Shown here piece by piece: positions 31,347 through 40,300 of a stretch of 64,000 bases of DNA. The stretch lies in the IMG/VR virus record IMGVR_UViG_3300025084_003207, positions 28,810-92,809 of that record; one strand, given 5' to 3'. The stretch is from a virus. A program made the translations under genes and the position numbers. Positions within the stretch are counted from its first letter, which is position 1. Every line of letters begins with the position of its first letter. The notes under the pieces were generated by a model. That model made no database searches. It was not told the DNA's origin and worked only from the letters and a program-made list of their open reading frames with translations.

Positions 31347-34300
31347 TAGTATCCACTTCCACCGGAGCCACTGCTACCACTACTACCACTGCTACTGCTA
31401 CTGCTAGTACTACTTGTTGTAGATGATTTTGTGATTGCATTGCCCTTCATTTGTTTTAAATTTGTTGAAGATAAACTTTTTACTACTTCTACGTTATCAA
31501 CTGTTGCTGTAGAAAAGAATAATTCATCTGATGCCGCTCTAACTTGATATAGATCACCAAATATAGATTCTGACTTGCTAGGTACAATAACAACTGATGC
31601 TATTGCTTTACCTAACTCTTGATGAATGTATGCACTTAACTCTGAGAAATAAAATGTTTCACCAAAGTCCCAATTTTCTACATTAAAATAAGTATCAATT
31701 AATTCTAATACCGCACTTCTAACTTCTGCATCTGTTGTTGTACTTCCTGGTAATTTTACAACTTTAATTTTTGCTTGTAATTCTGGATCGGCGTCGTCGC
31801 CAAATAATAATTTAAATTTACCACTGCTGTAAACTAATTGGTCACTAACACTCTTAAACTCATCTAATCCTGAATATTCTTGTGCAAGTTGTTCTGATGT
31901 TGGTGCACTAGGCAATGTACTTACACCGCCATTTTTATAACTTAGCATTGCTTGGTAATATGATTTTGTAAGCATAAACATTTCTACAACATTGCTGATA
32001 CTAGGATCTATTCTAACATCACTTGGAGCAATGTGTTGCCATTCAAATGCACATTTTCTTGGATCGTTTTGAAGTGTGTTTTGCTCAAAACTTCTACCTA
32101 CTTTTACATTGTACTGGTTGTTTTCTGTTAGCACAATCATTTTAGGTGTTGTTAAATCATTAATTAATTCGTATACTTTAGGCAAAAGCGATCTTGGAAA
32201 AACTAATTTGTGATTAAGTTTTCCTAAATTATTTTTTAAATATGTTTCTGCTACACTTAAATCTTTTACAATTATCAAATCAAAATCTGTAAATGCAGTT
32301 TTATTATCTGGATCACTGCCTGGAGCAACTGTGTCTAACACATAATCAACTGATATTTCTGTCTCTGTTGCAAAATTTAATATTTTAAATTTTGCTGGTC
32401 TTTCATATGTGTAGCCATCTAAATCTGTATATTGCTCAAAGAAAACAAAGTCTGTGCTACCTACAAATTTATCAAACAAGTCTGGATCATCTGGAAATCC
32501 ATCATAGTCACTGTCAATGGGTTTGACAACAACTTTTGCCGGATCGGCAAAGCCATCGCCATATCTGTATGCATCGACTATTTCAAATTCTATTGGCTTG
32601 TCTAAAGACTCTTTGACATTTTTATAAACAATTTGTAGTTTATCTGCATGTTTAAATCCATTCCATCTACTGCTTAAACTATCAAAATCGGAAACTTTAA
32701 TACTTGAATTAGACAGCAAATCAATGTGTCCTTCTGATGCAGTATCTCCTACTTCAAATGTAGTTGTGGTTGCATTACCAGTATAGGTTTTATAACTGCT
32801 TGAACCAATATCATAATTCACATAAGCAATATTACCATTTGCTCCGCCAACAATAGATGTACCAAATTTACTTAATGGTATAGTGATACCGCTTGGTAAA
32901 CCTGATAATTTTGCACTATTTAATTTTACTACTGCTTTACCTGTAGTTGTCGATATTGGGTCTACTGCTATTGTTGTAGATACCGCTGGTGCAAAATCTC
33001 CTTGGCTATAATCTGCTGTGGGTGACACTGATGCTTCGCCGTTAACCAATAAACCAAAGTTACTGATAAATCTTACTTCTAAATCTTTTGCTTTTGTGTC
33101 TCTGCTTCTTAAAATAATTTCTGGACTGTTTCCTACATTAGGTGTGTATGTTGCATTAGTAGTTTCTAATTGCCAACTGTCACCTATGTCATCTAAATTT
33201 GTATCAACCCAATTATATGTTTCTATTAACTCTGGTTTGAAGTTTGCTGTAGTTAAAGCAATGGTATCTTTTAATACTCTACCTGTTTTACTATCAAATG
33301 TTTTTTCATCACTAGAAAAATAAAATTTTATATCTTTAAGACTTTCAAATATAATTCTAGTACCTCGGGTAGTTACTGTGTAATTTGAAATGCTTGATGT
33401 ACTATTTGTACTGTTGTATTCAAATTTCATTAACCAACTAGCACCGCTGGTAAGGTCTGGGTTAAAGTCTGCATTTTTTTGTAAATTACTGTTGTCAATA
33501 ATATACCAGTGTGTGGAACCACTACCACCTGGTCTGAAATTATATCCTATACCAAAATCTTCTTTGGCTGTAATTCTTGTATTAAATGCTGTGCCTATAT
33601 CTGTTTCTAATGCATTGGCATTTAATGTAGGTATTATTTCAGTGGCTCTCCATGCATTTGGAATTTCTTTGTTTAATTTTACTACCCCTTCTGTGACACT
33701 TAGTAAATTTGTTGGTACACCATTATTTGTAATACTGGTAATGGTTGCTAATTCCTCTTGTGTAGGATCGTTTGGATTTTTAAATTTTATATATGAACCG
33801 GCTTGTATGATTCTATTATCATTTACACTATTGTTAAGTGTGGTTCTGACGCCGGCTTCTAGTCTAGTAAAATAACCTGTGTTATTTTTATTTTTACTAG
33901 GCTGGGTTACCCATGCAATATCTTTATTATTTGCTGTTAAGTCAAATGCTAATGCATCTAAGCCTTTATGTAATTTTCTATAATCGTCATAAACAAAGTT
34001 TTGTAGATTTGTGTCTTTAGTAATATTAGCAACATCTTCTTTTAAAATTTGCATTGTTGTTTTACTTGTACCAAATGTTAAATATGTATCTTTGTTTTCG
34101 ATATCTTTATATAATGCACCGTCGTCTGCAAACGAAGTTACACTACTGAACCTTCCTGTAGGATCTTCAATATCAATATATCTACTATGGCCTGCATGTG
34201 TTCTATTTGTTGCTTTTAATTTTAGAATGTTTGCACTTTGGCTCAGTGGAAATACATTATAGTCTTGAGCACTAACCATTCTATTTTGAGTATAATATGT

Positions 34301-35566
34301 TTGTGGTGCTCTTCGTTTAATACTTTGTAAAGTTTCTGCGGCTGAACTATTTGATACTGTGGCTTTTAATGACATCCTTAAAGTAAGGTTATGCAATTCG
34401 CCTTTTCTATTATAATAAGGTAATGTTAATTCTTTGTTTTGAAAATCTGCTGGTCTAATAGACATGTTTTCGCCAATGCTAGTTCTGAAATAAATTCTAA
34501 AAATACCAGAAGGTATGTTTGCAAAATTACCGTCTGAAAATCTTACTCTAATACCGTCGTCGAATAAGTTGTCAATTGCATATAAATTTCTAGATTCTAA
34601 ACTGGTTGCATTATATAATAAAGTTTGTCCTTGAAGATTGCTGACTTTTTGCCAAGTAAGTTGGTTAACAGCATTATTGTCTAACTGATGCACAAATACA
34701 TCTGTTTCATTGATGTTTGCAACTGGTATATCTACTGTTCTGTTAGGCAAGGCTCTTTCAAAAATATAATCTTCAAAACTCAACTCGCCTTGTTTGAACA
34801 TCATGAAAAATCCTGTGTAAGGACTTTCTAATCCTCTTTTGTCATCTCGATAAGAAATTCTCATCTGACTGTAAATGTCTGGTTGTGCTTCTTTGAAAAC
34901 ACCGTTTTCAATATTTGTACTAACAAATTCAAAAGGTACACTAGTACCATTTACTGTTGCACTTGTTGAAAATACAGGTGTTGTGCCTATTTCGTTATTG
35001 AAGCCATATATCTGTGTAGCAATACCGCCTACTGTTTCTTCAATGATTGGTTTTGTAAAAGGATTTGCTACTGAAAATGCACTATTTAAAACTGTAATGA
35101 ATTGATCAAAACTATTATTATTTGTTGGATCATTCCAATCAATTCTGATATTCTGTAAACTGTCGCCTGAAGCATCTAGTAATGGCTCGTCTGTTTGTAC
35201 ACTATCAATTTTGACTAACCCACTTGCTGGTATATTTCTTTTAGGAGCATAACCTAGCATGTCTGCTAAACGTAAAATACTATCTCTGCTTTCTGCTGTA
35301 GCAAGGAAATTTTCTCTAGTATTTAAATCTGCTCTGAATGATAAACTTTGCGAAAGATATGCTAATAATTCTATAATAGCAATAAATTCAGAACTTTCAA
35401 TGTAGTCATTGAACGACTCTGGATAATTTTCTCTTATGTAATTAAGCATAGATGTACGCATGGTACTAAAATCATATGCCTTAAAACTGACTTGTGTAAA
35501 TGCCTGATAGGCTAATTCCCAGTCCTCTGCGGCAAATAGATTTTGATTTCTACTGCTAATTGACAT
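31346..35566 (-). CDS. baseplate wedge subunit (T4 gp6-like)
   Basis: YDFSTMRTSMLNYIRENYPESFNDYIESS..ELLAY...ENFLATAESRDSILRLADMLGY; ETLQSIKRRAP..YYTQNRMVSAQDY; follows gp25. Confidence 0.85.
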   Translation of the reverse strand: MSISSRNQNLFAAEDWELAYQAFTQVSFKAYDFSTMRTSMLNYIRENYPESFNDYIESSEFIAIIELLAYLSQSLSFRADLNTRENFLATAESRDSILRLADMLGYAPKRNIPASGLVKIDSVQTDEPLLDASGDSLQNIRIDWNDPTNNNSFDQFITVLNSAFSVANPFTKPIIEETVGGIATQIYGFNNEIGTTPVFSTSATVNGTSVPFEFVSTNIENGVFKEAQPDIYSQMRISYRDDKRGLESPYTGFFMMFKQGELSFEDYIFERALPNRTVDIPVANINETDVFVHQLDNNAVNQLTWQKVSNLQGQTLLYNATSLESRNLYAIDNLFDDGIRVRFSDGNFANIPSGIFRIYFRTSIGENMSIRPADFQNKELTLPYYNRKGELHNLTLRMSLKATVSNSSAAETLQSIKRRAPQTYYTQNRMVSAQDYNVFPLSQSANILKLKATNRTHAGHSRYIDIEDPTGRFSSVTSFADDGALYKDIENKDTYLTFGTSKTTMQILKEDVANITKDTNLQNFVYDDYRKLHKGLDALAFDLTANNKDIAWVTQPSKNKNNTGYFTRLEAGVRTTLNNSVNDNRIIQAGSYIKFKNPNDPTQEELATITSITNNGVPTNLLSVTEGVVKLNKEIPNAWRATEIIPTLNANALETDIGTAFNTRITAKEDFGIGYNFRPGGSGSTHWYIIDNSNLQKNADFNPDLTSGASWLMKFEYNSTNSTSSISNYTVTTRGTRIIFESLKDIKFYFSSDEKTFDSKTGRVLKDTIALTTANFKPELIETYNWVDTNLDDIGDSWQLETTNATYTPNVGNSPEIILRSRDTKAKDLEVRFISNFGLLVNGEASVSPTADYSQGDFAPAVSTTIAVDPISTTTGKAVVKLNSAKLSGLPSGITIPLSKFGTSIVGGANGNIAYVNYDIGSSSYKTYTGNATTTTFEVGDTASEGHIDLLSNSSIKVSDFDSLSSRWNGFKHADKLQIVYKNVKESLDKPIEFEIVDAYRYGDGFADPAKVVVKPIDSDYDGFPDDPDLFDKFVGSTDFVFFEQYTDLDGYTYERPAKFKILNFATETEISVDYVLDTVAPGSDPDNKTAFTDFDLIIVKDLSVAETYLKNNLGKLNHKLVFPRSLLPKVYELINDLTTPKMIVLTENNQYNVKVGRSFEQNTLQNDPRKCAFEWQHIAPSDVRIDPSISNVVEMFMLTKSYYQAMLSYKNGGVSTLPSAPTSEQLAQEYSGLDEFKSVSDQLVYSSGKFKLLFGDDADPELQAKIKVVKLPGSTTTDAEVRSAVLELIDTYFNVENWDFGETFYFSELSAYIHQELGKAIASVVIVPSKSESIFGDLYQVRAASDELFFSTATVDNVEVVKSLSSTNLKQMKGNAITKSSTTSSTSSSSSSGSSGSSGSGGSGY
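31353..31425 (-). repeat. low-complexity Ser/Gly tail of the gp6-like protein (6-9 nt tandem units)
   Basis: ccactgcta/ccactacta/ctgcta units encoding SSTTSSTSSSSSSGSSGSSGSGGSG. Confidence 0.7.
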
Positions 35567-35937
35567 TATGCATCTCCATTAAATTCTCTTTCCAATCTAA
35601 CTTCTAATACATCTTTACTTTGATCTACATTATATTCTAAATAGAGTTCTACTTTTAAAAAATGTTCTGTATTTGAAATGTTTACGTCAAGTAGTTCTAC
35701 TCTTGGATCACTACCAACAATAGCCTTACACTCGTCTTGTACATCTTGTAGTGTTAGATTGTCAAACGGCTCCATTAGGATATCATGTATTATGCTACCA
35801 AACTCTGGTCTCATAACTCTTTCCCCTTTACGAGTCTGAAAATGATTTAATAAATCTTGTTTCACTAAATCTAAATCAGTTAATGTATAAGGTGGTTTTT
35901 TCTTATTATCTGTACTGAATCCAATAAATGTTGCCAT
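35566..35937 (-). CDS. gp25: baseplate wedge subunit gp25-like
   Basis: DLVKQDLLNHFQTRKGERVMRPEFGS...DPRV. Confidence 0.9.
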   Translation of the reverse strand: MATFIGFSTDNKKKPPYTLTDLDLVKQDLLNHFQTRKGERVMRPEFGSIIHDILMEPFDNLTLQDVQDECKAIVGSDPRVELLDVNISNTEHFLKVELYLEYNVDQSKDVLEVRLEREFNGDA

Positions 35938-35942
35938 ACAAG

Positions 35943-35950
35943 TATTTATC
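35943..35950 (-). promoter_or_regulatory. late promoter box GATAAATA, 5 nt before ATG (leaderless)
   Basis: GATAAATA-CTTGT-ATG(35937). Confidence 0.7.
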
Positions 35951-36014
35951 AGTATTATTAACGGATGCTTTAATGATGGGGTTTTTTGGGTCGTTTAATG
36001 TTTTACGAAAAAAT

Positions 36015-36599
36015 CTACTTTTGAAGTTTTGCCGATGCGGCTTGTATCACTGCGGCTAAAACATCATCTGGAGCATTTTGCACCCAGTCATTAACTTCCT
36101 GTTGCTGTTTAGAGTCTAAATTACCACCTTTCAAATCTGATGTAGTTGTATTATTCTGACCGGAAGGCTGTGTTTGCGAATCAGCATAAGCCAAATTTAA
36201 AAATATAGCACTTTTTTCTTCGCCATCGAATTTCACTGGACTATCTGGTGATGATTGTTTTGCAAGATTTTGCAGTGACGGATTACCTTTTAAAAATTCA
36301 AATGTGCTAGTTTGATTTTTCAGTCTAGGAGATGTAGCCATCCATTGCTTGAATTGTTCGATGTCAAGTATATTAGGTGATTGATCTGGATGATTTTGCA
36401 CCAACCATTTCTGATATTTTGTAGCAATAACATTTGCGCCTTTCATACCTTTTGCTTTCACGTCGCCGCGAATGTTGGCAATTTTTGCTCTATTACTGCC
36501 TAGTTTACCGCCTATTTTACTAGCAATATTTTTTGCACCTTGTTTTAAACGGTCAACTGCACCAAATTCAACTTCGTTAATTACTTCATCAATTCTCAT
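36015..36599 (-). CDS. hypothetical protein, possible internal head protein
   Basis: 194 aa; begins MRIDEVINE; late box and AGGAG SD upstream. Confidence 0.55.
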   Translation of the reverse strand: MRIDEVINEVEFGAVDRLKQGAKNIASKIGGKLGSNRAKIANIRGDVKAKGMKGANVIATKYQKWLVQNHPDQSPNILDIEQFKQWMATSPRLKNQTSTFEFLKGNPSLQNLAKQSSPDSPVKFDGEEKSAIFLNLAYADSQTQPSGQNNTTTSDLKGGNLDSKQQQEVNDWVQNAPDDVLAAVIQAASAKLQK

Positions 36600-36617
36600 T
36601 TAATATCTCCTGCCAGT

Positions 36618-36625
36618 TATTTATC
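36618..36625 (-). promoter_or_regulatory. late promoter box GATAAATA
   Basis: Upstream of 36599 with AGGAGA SD in between. Confidence 0.65.
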
Positions 36626-36678
36626 TCTTTTCTTATATCGTTTAAATAATTACATGTATAACTTATAAAGAGGATATC

Positions 36679-37224
36679 ATGAAATACGTTTTAGCAGTTG
36701 CATTAGCAGATGAACTTGAAGGTATACAAGGTAATTACAATACAGTTTTTACCGGTGTAGGCAAAATAAATGCTACATTGGTACTTACACAATACCTAAC
36801 TAATAATCCAGATACAGAACTGGTTGTTAATTATGGAACTGCTGGGGGAATAGATCCAGATATGAAAGGCATGTTGCATATTGGTAAATTTGTACAAGCA
36901 GATATGGATTGCAGAGCATTTGGCTTTGATCAATTTCAAACACCGTTTGAAACAAATACACATGAAATAATCGTTGACAACAAAGGTTTTACATGTTATA
37001 CTCAAGATAAGTTTGCTACAACTAAACCTGAAGGTTATTGTAATGTAGTTGACATGGAGGCTTATGCACTTGCAAAAGTGTGTATGCATTTTGGCGTAGA
37101 CTTCAAATGTTTGAAGTTTATAAGCGATATAATCGGACAAGGAGATCAGACATCTGATTGGGAGGCTAATAAGGCTCTAGGTGTTGAAATGTTCGAGTCC
37201 ACTTTAAAGGATTTAATAAAATAA
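36679..37224 (+). CDS. mtnN: MTA/SAH nucleosidase-like (PNP_UDP_1 family)
   Basis: TGVGKINA, VNYGTAGG, VDMEAYALAKVC, KFISD motifs; AGAGGA SD. Confidence 0.8.
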   Translation: MKYVLAVALADELEGIQGNYNTVFTGVGKINATLVLTQYLTNNPDTELVVNYGTAGGIDPDMKGMLHIGKFVQADMDCRAFGFDQFQTPFETNTHEIIVDNKGFTCYTQDKFATTKPEGYCNVVDMEAYALAKVCMHFGVDFKCLKFISDIIGQGDQTSDWEANKALGVEMFESTLKDLIK

Positions 37225-37225
37225 A

Positions 37226-38953
37226 ATGAAATTTAAAATGAACGATTTTGATAAAAACTTTCACATAAACTTTAGTCCACTATATTTTGCATTTGCATTT
37301 ATGGTGTTTATGCTTTGGGCAAGTGAGGCCAAAGCAGAAGATATAGAAGAAGTGGTTGTGGTTGCTCAACAAGTAGAAACCGAAGTAGCAGATGCTTTAA
37401 CATCTACTACTATAGTAGAAAGTATCTTGCCAGAGTTTACCTGGACAGCAGGAGGCACTGGTGCCTTTCAAGGATATAACGAACGTGGTGCTCAAACAGT
37501 ACACACTACAGTTTATAAAAACGGCATACCGGTTAACACACCAGGTTCTGCTTGGTATGACTTTGGACACGAAATTGTAAGTGGTCAAAATGTTAAAGTA
37601 ATTTCAGGTGCTAACGGTGTTATGTATGGCTCCGGTAGTATTGCTGGTACAGTATTAATAGAGGATACTATTGAGAGAAGTATTACAACTAAATTAGGTA
37701 GTAATCAAGAAAGGTATATTAGTGTTGCTCCTACATCGTGGTTTCAGTACACAGACTATACAACCGATCAACTCGCAAGAAATGATAATACAGAAAGCGA
37801 TACATACGAAAACCAAAGTGCAAAAATTATTGCAGACGCAGGTGACTTTGAATTAATAGTAAGTGGCACAGATTATGCATATGATTATGATAACTGTTAT
37901 ACTGCTGATTTCTCACAATCAAATGATTGCTTACAGGATGGCGAAAAATTCACTGTTAGTATTAGAAATGAATATTTTACTATAGGTAGAACAGAAGACA
38001 AAGCAGAATACTTTACAGAAGGTGTTAGCACATACCAAAACGAAAGTAGCAGAGATTATTTTAGAGCAGGTGATACAGTAGACTTGTCTAAGTTATTACA
38101 AGTTACATATGGTGTTGACGGCAGTAAAGATCAATACAATGAACACGAGCAAGATAACTACGGTGCATTCTTAAGCATAAATGCCGAATTTGCCCTAAAG
38201 TATAACTTTGGTTTTAGAGTCGGTAATGCAGATCAAAATGCATTAAGACTAGGTATAGAAAGCGGACAGTTCTTTATGAATGTTGGTACAAGTTTTAGAC
38301 GCCCTAACTTATATGAAGTATACGGTGATAACTGGGTAAGTGCTAATGAAGAACTATTACCTGAAGAAGGCACAGGTTACGAAATAGGTTTTGGTGCTTT
38401 AAGTATATTCATGTACGACTTTGAACAAGCAATTGAATATGCTAGTGGCTACACAACTACAAACATTATTACTCCTGAGATCACTACAACAGATCCTGAT
38501 ACAGGTGTAGTTACTGTAACGCCTGCTGTAACAGAAGATATCTATACTCCTGCTATGTATTACAATACCGGTAACTATTCAACACAGGGCATTAGATTTG
38601 CTAACACGTGGGGTCCTATTAGCATTATGCTCAAAGTAAACGACACCGAACAAGTTAGAATACCAGAATACGTTGCTGTGATATCATGGGAACAAAATTA
38701 TAAAGGTGTGGATTACAGAATCAAATACTCAGGACAGTTTGACAGAACACCCGGACAGTATGACTTCTTGCCAGAAGGTCAGGAATACCTAGACGACTTA
38801 AAGAAACTAAACATTTATGTTGGTAAGCAATTTGCGTCTGGAGTAAATGTAAACTTTACAATAGAGAACGTTACTGATGATGAAGTAGAAGTACTTCCTT
38901 ACTATAATACCCAAGGAAGAGAATACAGATTGGCATTGACTTACAAGTGGTAA
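37226..38953 (+). CDS. TonB-dependent outer-membrane receptor (BtuB-like)
   Basis: Signal peptide ending AKA; TonB-box-like IEEVVVVA; plug motifs RGAQTVHTTVYKNGIPVN and GANGVMYGSGSIAGTVLI; GTSFRRPNLYE; C-terminal GREYRLALTYKW. Confidence 0.85.
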   Translation: MKFKMNDFDKNFHINFSPLYFAFAFMVFMLWASEAKAEDIEEVVVVAQQVETEVADALTSTTIVESILPEFTWTAGGTGAFQGYNERGAQTVHTTVYKNGIPVNTPGSAWYDFGHEIVSGQNVKVISGANGVMYGSGSIAGTVLIEDTIERSITTKLGSNQERYISVAPTSWFQYTDYTTDQLARNDNTESDTYENQSAKIIADAGDFELIVSGTDYAYDYDNCYTADFSQSNDCLQDGEKFTVSIRNEYFTIGRTEDKAEYFTEGVSTYQNESSRDYFRAGDTVDLSKLLQVTYGVDGSKDQYNEHEQDNYGAFLSINAEFALKYNFGFRVGNADQNALRLGIESGQFFMNVGTSFRRPNLYEVYGDNWVSANEELLPEEGTGYEIGFGALSIFMYDFEQAIEYASGYTTTNIITPEITTTDPDTGVVTVTPAVTEDIYTPAMYYNTGNYSTQGIRFANTWGPISIMLKVNDTEQVRIPEYVAVISWEQNYKGVDYRIKYSGQFDRTPGQYDFLPEGQEYLDDLKKLNIYVGKQFASGVNVNFTIENVTDDEVEVLPYYNTQGREYRLALTYKW

Positions 38954-39029
38954 AAAATATCATATTTTGATTTCATAAAGCAAGTTTAATAGTAAATACA
39001 AGTGTATCATTTAACAACATAGGACCAAA

Positions 39030-39293
39030 ATGAAAACTGATAAAATTATTAAGAAGATAGTATCTACCTTTAAAGACCTAGAGGAGAAAGCCGGCCACAT
39101 AAATTCAGCAAGTGGCAAAACGGTAATTCACTCTATGATACAAAGAGATAAAAGAGGCAAATTTGATAGTTTAGGATTTTATAATGCTAAAACTAAAAAA
39201 TATGCCTTAGTCTTTATAAGAGATTATATTGCAAGAAACGTGGATGTTATCCCCGAACTGGATGACATGAAACGTGTAATTACAGTAAAATAA
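39030..39293 (+). CDS. hypothetical protein
   Basis: 87 aa, AGGA SD, AGTAAATA box at 38991-38998. Confidence 0.6.
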   Translation: MKTDKIIKKIVSTFKDLEEKAGHINSASGKTVIHSMIQRDKRGKFDSLGFYNAKTKKYALVFIRDYIARNVDVIPELDDMKRVITVK

Positions 39294-39499
39294 TGACCGA
39301 TCAATTAACAAAAAAATTTACAAACAACACGTTAGAAGAAGATTTAAGAACTATGCTCGTTGAGAAAAACAACGAGTGTAATGCTCTTAGAGAAGAAATT
39401 AAAATGCTTAAAAATAGTGTCGCTGAAGAACAAGATGCAAAATACAGAGCGTATGTAAAAATTTCTGATTTACAAAGACAATTAAATACTACTAAATAG
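39293..39499 (+). CDS. hypothetical coiled-coil protein
   Basis: 68 aa, TAATG-coupled to the upstream ORF. Confidence 0.6.
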   Translation: MTDQLTKKFTNNTLEEDLRTMLVEKNNECNALREEIKMLKNSVAEEQDAKYRAYVKISDLQRQLNTTK

Positions 39500-40300
39500 G
39501 TTTGCTTCGGCTACACGTTGATTATATAACATTGTGCTGACTCCAACACCTTTTTTAATAGGTATTTCTGTAAACTCCATAAAGTATGTAGCACAATTAT
39601 AGTTTCCACTATTGAGTAATCTTAATAGCCGGCTAGTTGTAAATTTTTTCATACCTATGCCATATGCTAAAGATATTAATGCAACTATTTGATTTGTGTT
39701 TAATGGCACTTTGACTTTATCTACTACAACACTAAATGCAATAGTAATGTCTATACCTAGCAACTTATTAATAAATTCTGGTTTTGCACCATTTATCAAA
39801 CTGTAAACATAAAAATTATTTACTTCGTCATATACAGCAATTGAATTCATTGCTAAATTATAATCCATTGTGCCATTTTTAACAATACTTGCTCCTTGTA
39901 AATAAGCATGATTGTTTCTAATAATTTTTGCTACATCAGGATGATTTAATTCTAGTTTGCTATTATCATTAAATGCTATCATTTTATTTGATATTTCCAT
40001 AGTACTTAATTTATGGGATATACCAATGTATGTATCGTTGTGTACTTCTGTTGGTACAAGATATGTTTTATAATTACGCAATATTAAATCTCTTGCCTGT
40101 TCAATTAGTTGATTTTTATTTGCTAAATTAGGCAAAATAAACTTGGGTGCTATTTTATTTCCTCTAGTGTATACACCAGAAATATAATCTGTGCCTTCAA
40201 AATAAGCACCTACATAAAAACCATTTGGCTCACAGTAATTTAACGGTACATTATCCGATGGATCTAATTGCCCTACTTTTAAATCATCAATATACGACAT
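39482..40300 (-). CDS. baseplate-associated GH24 lysozyme-like protein (catalytic residues look degenerate)
   Basis: VKVPLNTNQIVALISLAYGIG...SRLLRLLNSGNY...QRVAEANLF; start set at ATG 40300 (TAATG overlap with the gp5-like stop). Confidence 0.7.
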   Translation of the reverse strand: MSYIDDLKVGQLDPSDNVPLNYCEPNGFYVGAYFEGTDYISGVYTRGNKIAPKFILPNLANKNQLIEQARDLILRNYKTYLVPTEVHNDTYIGISHKLSTMEISNKMIAFNDNSKLELNHPDVAKIIRNNHAYLQGASIVKNGTMDYNLAMNSIAVYDEVNNFYVYSLINGAKPEFINKLLGIDITIAFSVVVDKVKVPLNTNQIVALISLAYGIGMKKFTTSRLLRLLNSGNYNCATYFMEFTEIPIKKGVGVSTMLYNQRVAEANLFSSI

